Below the pieces are notes generated by a model. That model had not been told where the DNA came from. It saw only the letters and a list, made by a program, of their open reading frames with translations, and did no database searches. From assembly GCA_964463505.1 (NCBI GenBank), contig CAYXDC010000002.1:28452-92451 (forward strand): DNA of 64,000 nt, written 5' to 3'. Source of the stretch: an uncultured Anaerolineaceae bacterium (GTDB lineage: Bacteria; Chloroflexota; Anaerolineae; Anaerolineales; UBA4823). Every line of letters begins with the position of its first letter. Position 1 is the first letter of the stretch. Position numbers and translations under genes: made by a program. This document shows, piece after piece, positions 27,547 to 35,927 of the stretch.

Positions 27547-28626
27547 TTGTCCACACAAAAAATTGATGGAATGCGCTACGCACCCAAAGGTAAACCTAAT
27601 CCGGTCTGCCAGAAGGGTGAGTTTCGGGTTGCGGCGATTGGCCTGGATCATGGGCATATATTTGGGATGTGCAATGGGTTGTTAGAAGCCGGAGCTGAAT
27701 TAGCCTGGGTCTATGATCCGGACGCCAAAAAAGTGGCTGATTTTTGTAAACGCTATCCAGATACTCAACCGGCTGCTTCCGCCCAAGCCATCCTGGATGA
27801 TCCTCAGATCCATTTGATCGCTTCCGCCTCAATCCCGGTCCAGCGCTGCTCGTTAGGTTTGCGCGCCATGGAGCACGGCAAAGATTTCTTTGCCGATAAG
27901 CCGCCCCTGATCACCCGGGAGCAATTAGCCCAGGCAAGTGCAAAAGTAGCTGAAACCGGACGTAAGTACGCTGCCTATTATTCAGAACGACTGCACGTGG
28001 AATGTGCGGTTATGGCGGGTGATCTGATCCAGTCCGGAGCAATCGGTCGAGTCTTGCAGGTTGTAAACCTGGCTCCCCATCGACTGAATGCTCCCGAGCG
28101 CCCTGACTGGTTTTTCAAGAAAGCCAGTTATGGTGGGATCCTGATTGACCTGGGTAGCCACCAAATTGAACAATTCCTCTATTATTCTGGCGCTAAAGAT
28201 GCCCACGTGCTGCATAGCAAGGTTGCCAATTACCATAATCCGACTCAGCCAGATTTTGAAGATTTTGGGGATGCAACCTTGATCGCCGATAATGGTGCAA
28301 CCCACTACCTGCGTGTGGACTGGTTCACACCGGAAGGCCTGGGGGTGTGGGGGGACGGTCGTGTCTTTATCATGGGAACTGATGGCACTATTGAGCTGCG
28401 TAAATATATCGATATTGGGCGAGATGGCGAGGGTGATCATCTCTATCTGGTCAACCAAGCAGGTCTGCAGCATATGGCGCTTCATGGACAGGTGGGTTTC
28501 CCGTTCTTCGGTCAGCTCATTCTGGACTGCCTTAATCGCACTGAAAAGGCCATGACACAGGCGCATACTTTCAAAGTGATGGAATTAGCCATTCAAGCTC
28601 AAGAAATGGCTGATAAGATCGCCTGA
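27547..28626 (+). CDS. Gfo/Idh/MocA-family oxidoreductase
   Basis: AAIGLDHGHI, FFADKPP, YSERL, YGGILIDLGSHQ, YLRVDWFTP. Confidence 0.9.
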   Translation: MSTQKIDGMRYAPKGKPNPVCQKGEFRVAAIGLDHGHIFGMCNGLLEAGAELAWVYDPDAKKVADFCKRYPDTQPAASAQAILDDPQIHLIASASIPVQRCSLGLRAMEHGKDFFADKPPLITREQLAQASAKVAETGRKYAAYYSERLHVECAVMAGDLIQSGAIGRVLQVVNLAPHRLNAPERPDWFFKKASYGGILIDLGSHQIEQFLYYSGAKDAHVLHSKVANYHNPTQPDFEDFGDATLIADNGATHYLRVDWFTPEGLGVWGDGRVFIMGTDGTIELRKYIDIGRDGEGDHLYLVNQAGLQHMALHGQVGFPFFGQLILDCLNRTEKAMTQAHTFKVMELAIQAQEMADKIA

Positions 28627-28647
28627 CATTGTGAAGGAGCACTCGCA

Positions 28648-30051
28648 GTGGTCAATCGTTTTGATGTTAGCACGGTAGGGGCGCAGTTGTATTTTCTCCC
28701 GGTGGAGACACGCGTCCCATTGAAATTCGGGCCTGAAACATTGACCTCGGTCACCTGCGCCAGGGTATGTTTGCGTGTCCAGGATCGTCAGGGGCGCATT
28801 GCTGAAGGGTGGGGTGAGACTCCCCTGAGTGTGCAATGGGTATGGCCCTGCCAGCTCAGCTATAGTGAGCGGCATTCGACGCTGCAAGAGTTTTCCATAA
28901 TGCTGGTGCAAGCCTGGGCAGAGTTTGGCAAATGGGGTCACCCGCTTGAGATTGGATACACTTTCCAAAAAAAGATTTTACCCGATCTATTGAATCAAGT
29001 AAACAACGCCCGAGCAGACAAGGAGCCAATGCCCTGGCTAGCTGCCCTGGTGTGCTGCTCGGCTTTTGATATTGCTTTGCATGACGCATATGGTATCGTG
29101 AATGGTTTGCCCGTCTATGAGACTTACCAGCCTCCCTACATGAATAAAGACCTGGCAGCCTATTTAAAACCAGGGGACGGGAGTGGAGTATCCTTTCAGG
29201 GTCGATTTCCGGTGGACTTTCTGCAATACCCACCCCCAGCGCTATTGCCCGTCTGGCATTTGGTAGGAGGATTGGATCCTCTCGGAGCAGATGAGTTGAC
29301 CGGTAGTGAACCCCAGGATGGCTATCCGGTCTTATTACGTGATTGGATTACCCGCGATGGTTTGAAATGTCTGAAGGTTAAGCTGCGTGGGAATGATCCT
29401 GTCTGGGATTACACACGCCTGATACATGTGGGACAGATTGCTCTTGAGACGGGTGTTGACTGGCTCACAGCAGATTTCAATTGTACGGTAACCGATCCGG
29501 AATATGTGAACGTGATCCTCGACTCTCTGCTGCAGGAACACCCCCGTCTGTATGGCATGCTTTTGTATGTCGAGCAGCCTTTCCCTTATGATCTGGAACG
29601 CAATCGGATCGATGTCCATAGTGTAGCGGCGCGCAAGCCGCTCTTTATGGATGAAAGCGCCCATGATTGGGAGCTGGTACGACTCGGTCAGAGCCTGGGT
29701 TGGAGTGGTGTGGCTCTGAAAACCTGCAAGACGCAAACTGGAGCGCTGCTCAGCCTGTGTTGGGCCAAAGCGCATGGTATGACCCTGATGGTGCAAGATT
29801 TGACGAATCCAATGTTGGCCCAAATTCCGCATGTCCAGCTTGCTGCGCATGCCGGGACGATTATGGGGATTGAATCAAATGCGATGCAGTTTTATCCGCA
29901 GGCTTCACAAGCGGAGGCGGCAGTACATCCGGGTCTGTATCAACGGAGAAAAGGCAAGCTAGATCGATCTACTCTATCTGGGCCTGGATTTGGCTATCGT
30001 CTTGCAGAAATCCGCCTAAAACTTCCTGATCCTGTAGTTACAGCGAGTTAG
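28648..30051 (+). CDS. Divergent enolase-superfamily (mandelate racemase/MLE-like) protein
   Basis: TRVPLKFG, EGWGETPL, CLKVKLRG, TADFNC, YVEQP, FMDESA, ALKTCKT, GPGFGY. Confidence 0.8.
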   Translation: MVNRFDVSTVGAQLYFLPVETRVPLKFGPETLTSVTCARVCLRVQDRQGRIAEGWGETPLSVQWVWPCQLSYSERHSTLQEFSIMLVQAWAEFGKWGHPLEIGYTFQKKILPDLLNQVNNARADKEPMPWLAALVCCSAFDIALHDAYGIVNGLPVYETYQPPYMNKDLAAYLKPGDGSGVSFQGRFPVDFLQYPPPALLPVWHLVGGLDPLGADELTGSEPQDGYPVLLRDWITRDGLKCLKVKLRGNDPVWDYTRLIHVGQIALETGVDWLTADFNCTVTDPEYVNVILDSLLQEHPRLYGMLLYVEQPFPYDLERNRIDVHSVAARKPLFMDESAHDWELVRLGQSLGWSGVALKTCKTQTGALLSLCWAKAHGMTLMVQDLTNPMLAQIPHVQLAAHAGTIMGIESNAMQFYPQASQAEAAVHPGLYQRRKGKLDRSTLSGPGFGYRLAEIRLKLPDPVVTAS

Positions 30052-30069
30052 GTTGAGGAGGAAAACGTT

Positions 30070-31077
30070 TTGATTAAACGCGTCACCTTGGCAGATGTTG
30101 CTCGTCAGGCAGGTGTTTCCATGCAAACCGTATCACGCGCGGTGCGTAATAAAGACGAGATCAGCACTGAAACACGGGAACGGATCATGGCGATAGTGAA
30201 CGAGCTGGGTTACCGGCCCAGTGGTATCGCTCGCAGCCTGGTCACACAGCGAACAACAACGGTTGGCTTAATGGTTCCCGATATTGCCAACCCGTTTTTC
30301 TCTGAGATTGCCCGGGGTGTTGAGGATACCGCCTATGCCCATGCTTATACATTATTTTTGTGTAACGCGGCTGAAGATATCGAGCGTGAAAAAGCTGCCT
30401 TAAACTCTCTTCTGGAAAAACAAGTTGATGGGGTGATCATCTGCAGCCCGCGCCTTCCAATGACCGATCTATTGGCCTACCTTGAGCAGTTCTACTATGC
30501 CGTAGTATTCAATCGCGATTTAAGCGAAGACATAGATAAGGTGCGGTTGATCTATGTGGATGATCAGGAAGGTACGCGACTGGCGTGGGATCATTTTGTC
30601 CTGCATGGTCATCAGAAGATCGGTATGTTGGCCGGCCCAGTCCAATCGTGGAGCAGCCAGAAGCGGGTGGCGAGCTTCCGTGCTGCATGCAAATCTGCAG
30701 GGCTGGATGGCTGTCTGGAGTTGATCCAGCATTGTATGCCTACCATTGCTGGGGGATTGGAAGGGACTGAACGATTGTTGATTGATCATCCGGAAATTAC
30801 CGCCATCCTCGCTTTTAATGACCTGGTAGCAATTGGTGCCTTACGTATCTGCCAAAAACTTGGCCGAAGGGTTCCTCAGGATATCGAAATAATTGGCTCA
30901 GATGATATCCCCCTGGCTTCTTTAATGACGCCCCCGCTTACTTCACTGCATGTCCCACATCGCACCTTGGGTGTCACTGGTATGCAATCCCTTATCCAAC
31001 TTCTCAATGGCGAAAAACCCGACCCATATCGGATTATTTTTCATCCAGAACTGACTTTGCGCTGCTCGGCGCCTTGA
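30070..31077 (+). CDS. LacI-family transcriptional regulator
   Basis: TLADVARQAGVSMQTVSR HTH, LGYRPSGIARSL hinge, NPFFSEIARG, NDLVAIG, IIGSDDI, PPLTSL. Confidence 0.95.
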   Translation: MIKRVTLADVARQAGVSMQTVSRAVRNKDEISTETRERIMAIVNELGYRPSGIARSLVTQRTTTVGLMVPDIANPFFSEIARGVEDTAYAHAYTLFLCNAAEDIEREKAALNSLLEKQVDGVIICSPRLPMTDLLAYLEQFYYAVVFNRDLSEDIDKVRLIYVDDQEGTRLAWDHFVLHGHQKIGMLAGPVQSWSSQKRVASFRAACKSAGLDGCLELIQHCMPTIAGGLEGTERLLIDHPEITAILAFNDLVAIGALRICQKLGRRVPQDIEIIGSDDIPLASLMTPPLTSLHVPHRTLGVTGMQSLIQLLNGEKPDPYRIIFHPELTLRCSAP

Positions 31078-31111
31078 TCCTTAGAATTGCGAACAAGCAA
31101 ACGAGGGGGAA

Positions 31112-31519
31112 TTACGAACCGCTGGGCTTTACCCGCGGCCAGGCATATAAAGCAAAGACCAGGCCACCGCCTGCCTGAAACAACCTCCCCAAGATGGGCA
31201 TCCATGCCCAGCCAGGCAGGTAAGGGCTTAGGCTGATGCCCCAAATACCAAGATTTAATAAAACCCATCCTATCCAGGCCAGTTGAGTATTGCCGCGTTT
31301 GGGTTCTTGGGCGAAGCGCGGCAGGATCCAAAAGGCGACTCCTAAAGCAAGATGTACCATCCAACCGTTGATCAGGAATTCTTGGTGCGCGGGCAGCAGC
31401 AGCCAGAGCAGTGGGTGGATGGGTACGCCTTTGTTGGCCAGCAGCAAACCACCCAACGTAAAGCCAAGCGCCAGGTAAGCCAGTGCAAATTTCACCATCC
31501 AGCGGCTCAGGAGTGGCAT
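31112..31519 (-). CDS. Small 4-TM membrane protein with a conserved His (H...GW...G..FWILP), heme-copper oxidase/NnrS-related hypothetical
   Basis: Four hydrophobic helices; 'AHQEFLINGWMVHLALGVAFWILPRF'; paralogous to 31520-31933. Confidence 0.7.
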   Translation of the reverse strand: MPLLSRWMVKFALAYLALGFTLGGLLLANKGVPIHPLLWLLLPAHQEFLINGWMVHLALGVAFWILPRFAQEPKRGNTQLAWIGWVLLNLGIWGISLSPYLPGWAWMPILGRLFQAGGGLVFALYAWPRVKPSGS

Positions 31520-31933
31520 TCAGCGTTCCTTGACCCTACCCCAGGTGTTGATCACAAACATAATCCCTGCAATCCATAGCAGGCCGGCTGAGAGCGCTAA
31601 CATCCAGCCCCATAGACCTCCCGGTTGCAGCGAATTTAAAGGTTCGCTGGCGGCGCGCAAGACCAAGCCCAGGTTGACGGTGACATACACTACCCAGCCT
31701 AGCTTTTCGCTGCGGCGAGGCTGTTCGCGACTGTACTTGGGGAACATCCAGAACACTACCCCAAAGATCAACAAGGTCAGCCAACCGATGGTCAACAGGT
31801 GTAGATAAACTGGGAAGACAGCAGGTACAGATAGCCCTGTTATTGGCTGAATGGTGTTCAGCAATCCGATTAACAGGCTCAATACCAGGTACAACAATGA
31901 AGTTTTTACATACCAGCGTGTGAGAATTGGCAT
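31520..31933 (-). CDS. Small 4-TM membrane protein, paralog of the adjacent gene
   Basis: 'MPILTRWYVKTSLLYL', 'YLHLLTIGWLTLLIFGVVFWMFPKY', 'GLVLRAASEP'. Confidence 0.7.
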   Translation of the reverse strand: MPILTRWYVKTSLLYLVLSLLIGLLNTIQPITGLSVPAVFPVYLHLLTIGWLTLLIFGVVFWMFPKYSREQPRRSEKLGWVVYVTVNLGLVLRAASEPLNSLQPGGLWGWMLALSAGLLWIAGIMFVINTWGRVKER

Positions 31934-31942
31934 TTGCAGCCT

Positions 31943-32731
31943 CTATTGATCAGTTGTATCACCCGATTCCGGGCTGGATGACCCGGGGACCAGATAATTG
32001 ATCTGCCGGTAAGGCTTGATTTGTTCACTGATCTCGTCTTTGAAAATATTACCCGAGACGTGCATCAAGGTGTCGCTGAAGTCGGGATCAATGCCCATGC
32101 TGGCCCAACAAGGGTAATGGTGGTGCAGCAGGCCAGTTTTTTCTGGAGCCTCATCCACCGGACAGCCAATCAATTGCTCGGCGACGTAACGAGCACAACC
32201 ACAGAAGGAATCGCGCTGCACTTCGATCTGTTGGATGGTGCGGGTTTCCGGATCCACCTTGACATCGAAGCGCGGCTTACCAAAGTGCCGGGCAAATTCA
32301 GCGATCAGGGGCTGATCGTATTGGATACGCTGGCGGCGCGTGACCCAGTATTCGCTTTCAGTCAACGAGCACAGCGGTTTGGGGGTCACACAAACTATCT
32401 GGATATCCTCCATCCAGCCGCGTAGCTGGCGCGCCAGGCCACGCGGTAACCAGGCTTCGTTATCCACCGGGACGATCGCCGCACTTGCCCCGCACAAACG
32501 GGCGATATCTGGCAGTAGCTCGGCGACTCCTCTGTGTTCCGCAAATGAGAGCAGCAGATCAGCAGGGGGGAACTCCGCCGGAAGATAGTCCTCGGGGTAA
32601 TCAATGACAGGCGGCAGGATTAAAGGCGCTTGCCAGATTTCGATCTGCCAGTTTTGGGGGGCATGGGCGCGCAGGTTGTCCACGTGGCGCTTGCCATACT
32701 CGGCAGAAATAATGGCCAAAATTCTCATCAT
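31943..32731 (-). CDS. DUF166 (COG1810)-like protein
   Basis: 'CVTPKPLCSL', 'FARHFGKPRF', 'VQRDSFCGCARYVAEQLIG', 'HHHYPCWASM...D..DTLMHVSG' pattern. Confidence 0.7.
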   Translation of the reverse strand: MMRILAIISAEYGKRHVDNLRAHAPQNWQIEIWQAPLILPPVIDYPEDYLPAEFPPADLLLSFAEHRGVAELLPDIARLCGASAAIVPVDNEAWLPRGLARQLRGWMEDIQIVCVTPKPLCSLTESEYWVTRRQRIQYDQPLIAEFARHFGKPRFDVKVDPETRTIQQIEVQRDSFCGCARYVAEQLIGCPVDEAPEKTGLLHHHYPCWASMGIDPDFSDTLMHVSGNIFKDEISEQIKPYRQINYLVPGSSSPESGDTTDQ

Positions 32732-32741
32732 GAAACCCTGC

Positions 32742-35654
32742 TCACCACTCGGTTAGCTTCCAAATCTCGGGTTTTAGCGCCTGGTCGTCGACCTCAATCT
32801 CACTAAACAGGGTCGCAGCTTGCTTGAGATGCTGCATGGCGGTTTCCTCTTCACCCAGTTCATGCAGAAAATCAGCCAGGTTATTGTGCAAGGCTGCTGC
32901 CCGGTGTCGGTCGCCCTGCCGCAGGCACAGCTCCAGGGCCTGCTGGGCGAGCGGGATTGCAGCTGTGGGATCGCCTTGCGCCGCCCGGATAAGCGCCAGA
33001 TTATTTAAGGCGGCGGCTTGCATGCTCAGGTCGCCTGAAGCCTCAGCCAGTTGGAGACCTTGCTCTAGATGTGTGGCGGCATCATCCAGCGCGCCTCGGT
33101 TGCGCTCCAGAATGCCCATTATATTGTGAGCCTGAACCAGGGCGCGCGCATCCAGGCTGATCTGTGCCAGGTCCAGTGATTTGTTAGCCAGCTCCAGGGC
33201 GCGTGCTGGTTCGCCATGCCGAAAGGTTGTCCGGGACCAGTCTGCATACGCCCAGGCCTGACTCGCGGGATCTGGCAGACCTTCTAGGGCTGCTAGATAA
33301 TGACATTCAGCCAGTTCCCACTCTCCCAACAGGCCATGGATATTCCCCAGCTTATGTTCAATACCAGGGAGTTCAGCTTGGCTCAGCAGTGCGGCGGCTG
33401 TTTCATAGCTGCGAATGGCGGTTGGATAATCGCCTTCCAATACGTGCAAATCCCCCATCGCTTCGTAAAGTGTGGCGGGTTGGCTGGGGCTGAGGGCCAG
33501 CGCAGCCTGATAATGGGCTAAGGCTTCCTGATTGGCGAACAACTGGCGGGCATAATCGCCAGCCTGCTGGTAGTATTCGGCTGCCATTGTGTCTTGCCCG
33601 GACGAGCGATAATGTTGGGCGATACGCGCAGCTAAATGTCCGCTCTCCAGCCGGGTGTGCCCTGTTTTCGCAGCCCGCCCTGCAGCCAGGGCTTCGGCGA
33701 CACGCTGATGAAGCAGGCGCAGGCGGGCCAGGCTGATCTCTTCATAGACTAGATGGTGTAGTTTTTCGTGGGTGAATCCGTAGCGTGTCTCACCGGGGCA
33801 GTCGCTCTCGCCTTGCTCCCGAATTAAACCCAGTGTGAGCAAGGTTTCCAGTCCGCTCACCGTCTCCAGCTCGCTGCGCCCGCTGGCCTGGCGCAAGGTA
33901 TCGAAATCGAAGGCATGCCCAATTACGGCTGCGGTGGTCAATAATTGCCAGCTGGGTTCATCTGGCGCTGGCAGGCGACTGCGCAATAAACTGCGGACAC
34001 TGTCAGGCATCTCCCAATCTGCATTTGCTGGCAGAGTGCCACGCTGTTTGATGGCATCGAGATAAGAAGTCACCAACAGCGGCAAGCCCTCAGTTTCGGC
34101 AAAGAGTTTTAGGCATTGCTCCTCCGAAATAGACTGAGCGGATTGTCCGGCGAGCTTGATCACGGCTGTGGTAGTCAGGCGCTTGAGCGGGATGGTGAAG
34201 CCATAGCCGGAACGCAGCGCATCCGTCACCAGGCTCTTGATGCGCACATCAGCGGATAGCGCCCGCTCGCGCCAGGTGAGCATCACCAAAACCGCGTGTC
34301 CACGTAAGCGGCGCACCATGTAGAAGAGTAAATCCAGGGTGGCGCTATCCGCCCAGTGTAAATCATCCAGGAATAAGATGCCCGGTGGGTTACCTGAGAG
34401 CAGGCCCATTAATAACTGGCGAACTCCTTCGAAAAACCGGCTTTGCGAGCCCGGTCCGTTGGATGCCGGGGGAGTGGGGAGATCAGGGCATATCCTGGTC
34501 AGATCGGGGGCCAGGCGTGCGGCTTCACTAAGCCAGTGGGGCGAGATCTTTTCCAGGCTAGCCAGGCTGGAAGGCAGGTTAAGAAGGCTTTGGATACCTT
34601 CGAGAAATGGCCCGTAAGCGAGCTGGGTTTCGCCTTCATAGCAGCGGGCCGTTAAAGTCACTGCCCCTGCCTGACGTGCATCCCGCAAGATTTCTTCAGC
34701 CAGGCGAGTTTTGCCTACACCTGCCTCGCCTTCAATGAGCACCAAAGCTCCCCGTCCAGAGCCGGTCCAGTAAATATTTTGCAACTGCCCGAGTTCCGCA
34801 TCTCGGCCGGTGAGTGGATAGTCTTCTGGAGCGCTTAAATTAACTGGCTGTTCAACCCTGGCAGGTGGCTCTGCGAGGGGTCTGGCTGGCAGTTGATTTT
34901 CCAGGATCGCCTGATAGAGCTGGGTCGTTTCTGTCAGGGGCGGCACGCCCAGCTCCTGCTCTAAAACGCGCACACATTCACGGTATTGGCGTAAAGCAGT
35001 GCCACGCTGCCCGGCCCAGGCGTAAAGTTTCATCAGCCAGCGCTGGGCATCCTCTTGAAGTTCATCCATCGCCAGCCAGCGCCTGACTGAAAGAATTGCC
35101 TGTGTATCCTGCAGCTGGGTGGTGTAAATCAGGGCCAGCCTTTCCAATGCGCCGGCCAATTCACGACGCAAGCTGTCGGTTTGAAAATATTGCCAATCAT
35201 CAAAAGCAGGGCTGTCGCGCAGGGTAAAACCTTGTAAGAAATCCCCTGTATACAGATCTACTGCCTGTTGGAGGGTTTGTTGTGCGTTTCTGGAGTCTGC
35301 TGTTGTGGCGTGGCTTTCTTTTGAGATAAGCTGGCGGAAGGCCAGCACATCTACCCACAGTGGGCTATCCGTATGAATGCGTATCCGTTCGCGGGCGATG
35401 TCAAGGACAATTCCTCCAGTAGCTTTGTGCAGCGTAGAAAGCGTACGCCGTAGCGCACCCCGCGCCGAAGACTGGTCGTATTCTGGCCAAAACAGGGCAG
35501 CTAAAGATTCGCGGCTGTGGCTTGTTTCAGTCAAAGTCAGATAAGCCAGCAATGCCAGCGCTTTGCGCGTGTCCATCTCCACCAGATGCCCGGATCTTTC
35601 CAGGCGCGGCGTGCCCAATAAATATAATGCCCAAACCGGCGCTTGACGATCCAT
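32742..35654 (-). CDS. SARP/BTAD transcriptional activator with AAA+ ATPase and TPR domains
   Basis: LLGTPRL...RKALALLAYL wHTH; LYTGDFLQGF...FDDW BTAD; GEAGVGKT Walker A; LDDLHWAD; C-terminal TPR repeats (ALNNLA, LHNNLA). Confidence 0.92.
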   Translation of the reverse strand: MDRQAPVWALYLLGTPRLERSGHLVEMDTRKALALLAYLTLTETSHSRESLAALFWPEYDQSSARGALRRTLSTLHKATGGIVLDIARERIRIHTDSPLWVDVLAFRQLISKESHATTADSRNAQQTLQQAVDLYTGDFLQGFTLRDSPAFDDWQYFQTDSLRRELAGALERLALIYTTQLQDTQAILSVRRWLAMDELQEDAQRWLMKLYAWAGQRGTALRQYRECVRVLEQELGVPPLTETTQLYQAILENQLPARPLAEPPARVEQPVNLSAPEDYPLTGRDAELGQLQNIYWTGSGRGALVLIEGEAGVGKTRLAEEILRDARQAGAVTLTARCYEGETQLAYGPFLEGIQSLLNLPSSLASLEKISPHWLSEAARLAPDLTRICPDLPTPPASNGPGSQSRFFEGVRQLLMGLLSGNPPGILFLDDLHWADSATLDLLFYMVRRLRGHAVLVMLTWRERALSADVRIKSLVTDALRSGYGFTIPLKRLTTTAVIKLAGQSAQSISEEQCLKLFAETEGLPLLVTSYLDAIKQRGTLPANADWEMPDSVRSLLRSRLPAPDEPSWQLLTTAAVIGHAFDFDTLRQASGRSELETVSGLETLLTLGLIREQGESDCPGETRYGFTHEKLHHLVYEEISLARLRLLHQRVAEALAAGRAAKTGHTRLESGHLAARIAQHYRSSGQDTMAAEYYQQAGDYARQLFANQEALAHYQAALALSPSQPATLYEAMGDLHVLEGDYPTAIRSYETAAALLSQAELPGIEHKLGNIHGLLGEWELAECHYLAALEGLPDPASQAWAYADWSRTTFRHGEPARALELANKSLDLAQISLDARALVQAHNIMGILERNRGALDDAATHLEQGLQLAEASGDLSMQAAALNNLALIRAAQGDPTAAIPLAQQALELCLRQGDRHRAAALHNNLADFLHELGEEETAMQHLKQAATLFSEIEVDDQALKPEIWKLTEW

Positions 35655-35679
35655 ATTGGATCAATTTTACCCTAAAAAA

Positions 35680-35714
35680 CGTAACGAAAAATTTCCGTAA
35701 CGAATTCCGTAACG
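35680..35714. repeat. Three direct repeats of CGTAACG in the divergent promoter region (candidate BTAD/SARP binding site)
   Basis: CGTAACG at 35680-35686, 35696-35702 and 35708-35714. Confidence 0.6.
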
Positions 35715-35820
35715 TTCTCCGGACGCTAACCAGGTATGATATAACTATGTAATTCGCTATAAGTCGATTAACAAATCAGGCTCTAAACCAGCGAATTACT
35801 TAATCTCCGGAGGTAAAAAC

Positions 35821-35883
35821 ATGATTTGTAGTGTGGAAAAGCCTTGTGTACGAAGGTCGCCCCAAAGCGGGATTTGGTCGTAG
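35821..35883 (+). CDS. 20-codon small ORF MICSVEKPCVRRSPQSGIWS
   Basis: Perfect SD GGAGGT at 35809-35814, 6 nt before ATG 35821; TAG at 35881-35883. No homology recognised. Confidence 0.35.
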   Translation: MICSVEKPCVRRSPQSGIWS

Positions 35884-35927
35884 GTGCGAACTTGGTGATT
35901 AAAGAGACAACGAATAGTGATGTGGAC

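Noticed and set aside
30062-30071. Palindrome AAAACGTTTT overlapping the LacI start codon as an autoregulatory operator
   Set aside because: Short, does not match the GTTAGCGCTAAC site, and could arise by chance in an A/T run next to the SD.
31112-31933. Call as cbb3-type cytochrome c oxidase subunit I
   Set aside because: The proteins are only about 135 aa and lack the full six-His set and partner subunits of an oxidase.
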